A DNA stretch of 64,000 bases, from assembly GCF_009914755.1 (NCBI RefSeq), contig NC_060947.1; one strand, 5' to 3'. This stretch comes from the human T2T-CHM13v2.0 reference genome, Homo sapiens. The position numbers and the translations under genes were made by a program. Shown here piece by piece: positions 60,600 through 64,000 of the stretch. Under the pieces are notes generated by a model. The model was not told the origin of the DNA and did no database searches. It was given only the letters and a program-made list of their open reading frames with translations. Position 1 is the first letter of the stretch. Every line of letters starts with the position of its first letter.

Positions 60600-61850
60600 A
60601 GGAAAACTTCTGGCAATGGTGAAGAAGCTTCTATCAGACCAACCCTGATGCAGATAACAATAATAAACAGTGGACCAAATATATAATAAAACAATTTAAA
60701 TGCACAGGAAAGCAACCCATAAACAGGCAAAAATTGAAAGGGAATTAATAATTGAAAGGAGGGAACAATACTAAGTGAGTTTTTCCTTTTCTGGAAATTT
60801 TTGTCTGATGGCAGCCCCCAGGCCAAAGCAGTGAATAAACTCTAGAGAAACTAGAATCAATGTTGCAACTGTTAAATGTTTAACAACTGGATCTTGAGGA
60901 AAATTAATAAAAAACAAATTCATAGTATTTGCCAATTTCAATGGTGTAAATACTTCTACCACGGACCATTCCATGAACATGGAGTTGAATAGAGATATGC
61001 ACAGTAGGCATTCACAAACCAGTGTTAGCCAGCTCCCACACACAACTGCTCACAGTCCAAGTGTCTGAAAGAACCAGACGGCAGAATTCAGGATGACCAC
61101 GGTAGTTGAAAAGCCATGAGAGAAATTCAATAATTTAAAAAACTAGGGAGAGGAAGCCCCAAATTCTGTGTATAAACTACCCAGCTGTCTGGTGAAACCA
61201 TGAAATATTTATGTGGGAACAGATTCCAAAAAGCCTAAATAAAGCTGAAAGAATTAAACAGAGTTTTCAGTGCTGCCAATGAGGGAGAGTTTGGAGTTTC
61301 ACTTCAGCCCCATTAACTGTCTACTAAAACAAACAAAATCAATGCTCTAGAGAAAAAAATAAAGGTATCCTACAATATATAATTCACTATTTTCAGGGTA
61401 CACTCAAAAATTACTACCAAAGCAAAGATATAGGAAAATATTACTCATATCCAAGGAAAAAATAATAATAGAGACCAGCCCTAAGGTAAACCAGATGTTT
61501 GAATTAGGAGAAAGAATTTTAAATCACATATCATAATTACACTAAGGGAAATAAAGAAAAACACATGTGTAATAAATGAACAAATAGGAAGTCAGAATAT
61601 CTGAAGTAAAATTCAGTGAGTTGGTGTTTAATGGCAGGTTGAAAATGGCAGAAGAAAGAGTAGTTTCACTGGAAGAAAAATCTAGTGATATTATCTAATC
61701 TGAAGTACAGATTAGAGAGAGAAAGATTGAAGAGGATGAGCAGAGTGTTAGAAATACATAGGATAATATCAAAGTTATAAACATAATTGGAGTCCCAGAT
61801 GGCAAACAATAAGAGAAGAGGAAGAAAAAACATTTGAAACAAAAGCCTAA
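60600..61850 (+). mobile_element. Old L1ME-like 5'/ORF1 region containing a MER63-like hAT insertion (~60860-61050)
   Basis: ORF1-like gaaagagtagtttcactggaag...ataattggagtcccaga. hAT-like aatgtttaacaactgg...ggtgtaaatact...gccagctcccacacacaactg. Confidence 0.55.
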
Positions 61851-63585
61851 CCACAAGACAATATCCCTGATAATTATTGATGGAAAAATCCTCAACAAAA
61901 CATTAGCAAACCAAATTCAGCAATACACTAAAAAGATCATTCATCATGACCAAGTGGGATTTATCCCTGGGATGCAAGGATGGTTCAACATACACAAATC
62001 AATCAAAGGGATACATCATATCAACAGAATGAAGAACAAAAATCATATGATCATTTCAATAGATGCTGAGAAAACATTTGATAAAATTCAACATCCCTTC
62101 ATGACAAAAATCTTAAAAACTGGGTGTAGAAGGAACATACCTCAACATAATAAAAACCATATACAGCAGACCCACAGCTAATATGATACTGAATGGGGAA
62201 AAACTGAAAGCCTTTCCTCTAAGATCTGGGACACAACAAGGATGCTCACATTCACCACTGTTATTCAACATAGTACTGGATGACTTAGCTAGAGCAATCA
62301 GACAAAAGAAAGATATAAAGGGCATCCACATTGGAAAGGAGGAAGTCAAATTATCTTTCCTTGCAGACATGATCTTATATTTGGAAAAACCTAAAGACTC
62401 CACAAGCACAGGAAATCAAAGCAAAAATGGACAAATGGGATCACATCAAATTACAAAGCTTTTGCCCAGAAAAGGAAGCAATCAATAATGTAAAAGGACA
62501 ACCCACAGAATGGGAGAAAATATTTGTAAACTACCCATCTGATAAGGGATTAGTAACTAGAATATATAAGGAGCTAACACAACTCTATAGAAAAAAATCT
62601 AAAAATCTGATTCAAAAATGGGCAAAAAAAAACTGGATAGACTTTTCTCACAATAAAACATACAAATGGCAAACAGGCATATGAAAAGGTGCAGAACAAC
62701 ACTAGTCATCAGGGAAATGCAAATCAAAACTACAATGAGATACAATCTCACCTCAGTTAAAATGGCCTATATCCAAAGGATAGGCAATAACAAATGCAGG
62801 CAAGGATGTGGAGAAAAGGGAATCTTTGTACACTGTTGGTGGGAATGTAAATTAGTACAACCACTATGGAAAACGGTTTGGAGGTTCCTCAAAAAACTAA
62901 AAATACAGCTACCTCATATGGTATCCAGCAATCTCACTGCTAGGTTTATACCCAAAAGGAAGGATATCAGTATATCAAAGAGATATCTTCACTCCCTGGT
63001 ACTGCAGCACTATTCACAGTAGCATAGATTTAGAAGGTACCTAAGTGTTCATCAGCAAATGAATAGATAAAGAAAATGTGGTACATATACACAATGGAAT
63101 ACTATTCAGGCATAAAAAAGAATGAGATCCTGTAATTTGCAAAAACATGGATTAAACTGGAGGTCATTGTGTTAAGTGAAATAAGCCAGGCACAGAAGAT
63201 AAACTTTGCATATTCTCACTTATTTGTGGGAGCTGAAAATCAAAGAATTGAACCCATGGAGATACAGTGTAGAAGGATGATTACCAGAGGCTGGGAAGGG
63301 TAGTGGGGAGGGATGGTTAATGGGTAGAAAAAATAGAATGAATGAATAAGGCCTAGTATATAATAGCACAACAGGGAGGCTATAATCAATAACAATTTAA
63401 TTATACATCTAGAAATGACTAAAATAGTATAATCGGATTATTTGTGAGACAAAGGATAAATGCTTGAGGGGATGAATACCTCATTTTGTATGATATGATT
63501 ATTATGCATTGCATGCCTGTATCAAAACATCTCATGTACCCATAAATATACCTACTACATACCCACAAAAATAAAAATTATTTTA
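61851..63585 (+). mobile_element. L1MA2/3-like 5'-truncated element with an internal deletion at ~62403
   Basis: ORF2 relics 61834-63022 ([36 protein letters not shown]); jump from aaagactccac to aagcacagg; L1MA 3' UTR. Confidence 0.85.
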
Positions 63586-63877
63586 AAAAGAATGGCTGTA
63601 TATTTGCAAATATGATGAAAAACCATCAAATTGAATATATTAAATATGTGCAGGTTTGTGTATATCAACTATAACTCAATAAAGCTGTTTGAAAAAAAAA
63701 CAAATATAATAAAACACATACATTTACAGATTCAACAAGCTCAATAAATTCCAAGCAGGATACCACACTCAGGCATATCATAGTCAAACTATTGAAAAAC
63801 AAATTTAAATAGAAAACTTTGAAAGCATTAGGGAGAAAAAATGCCTACTGAGGAACAGAATAAAACTGACCTGTGAC

Positions 63878-64000
63878 CTTTCTTTCTTTCTTTCTTTTTT
63901 CTGAGACGGAGTCTCGCTCTGTCTCCCAGGCTGGAGTGCAGTGGCGCCATCTTGGCTCATTGTGCAATCTCCGCCTCCCGGGTTCACGCCATTCTCCCGC
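63878..64000 (-). mobile_element. AluY-like right monomer (cut by window edge)
   Basis: T-rich tail then gagacggagtctcgctctgt...cccgggttcacgccattctc. Confidence 0.88.

Overview
Primate (almost certainly human) X-chromosomal DNA covering the 5' end of GABRA3 on the minus strand. The non-coding first exon, with its GA-repeat promoter, lies at ~57.77-58.0 kb, and everything to its left is intron 1. The left end holds two intronic microRNA genes, MIR767 (74-182, -) and MIR105-2 (1065-1145, -), recognised from their mature sequences. No host protein-coding exon is present; the long ORFs are L1 ORF2 relics or chance frames. The middle (~9.7-50 kb) is a dense nest of L1 elements almost all on the + strand (antisense to the gene), plus Alus, MaLR/ERVL LTRs, DNA-transposon MITEs, MIR and L2. 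The most interesting observation is that both miRNA hairpins are embedded in, and built from, an ancient degenerate ~21-bp tandem repeat with a self-complementary core (approx. AGCAGACAACCATGGTGCATG). The array spans 1-3.8 kb with an outlier at 5.3-5.6 kb and seems to have a ~210-245 bp higher-order period. It contains several decayed, apparently unannotated paralogues of the mir-105 and mir-767 hairpins, like a fossil miRNA-generating array. Repeat subfamily names and most repeat boundaries were assigned by eye and are approximate.
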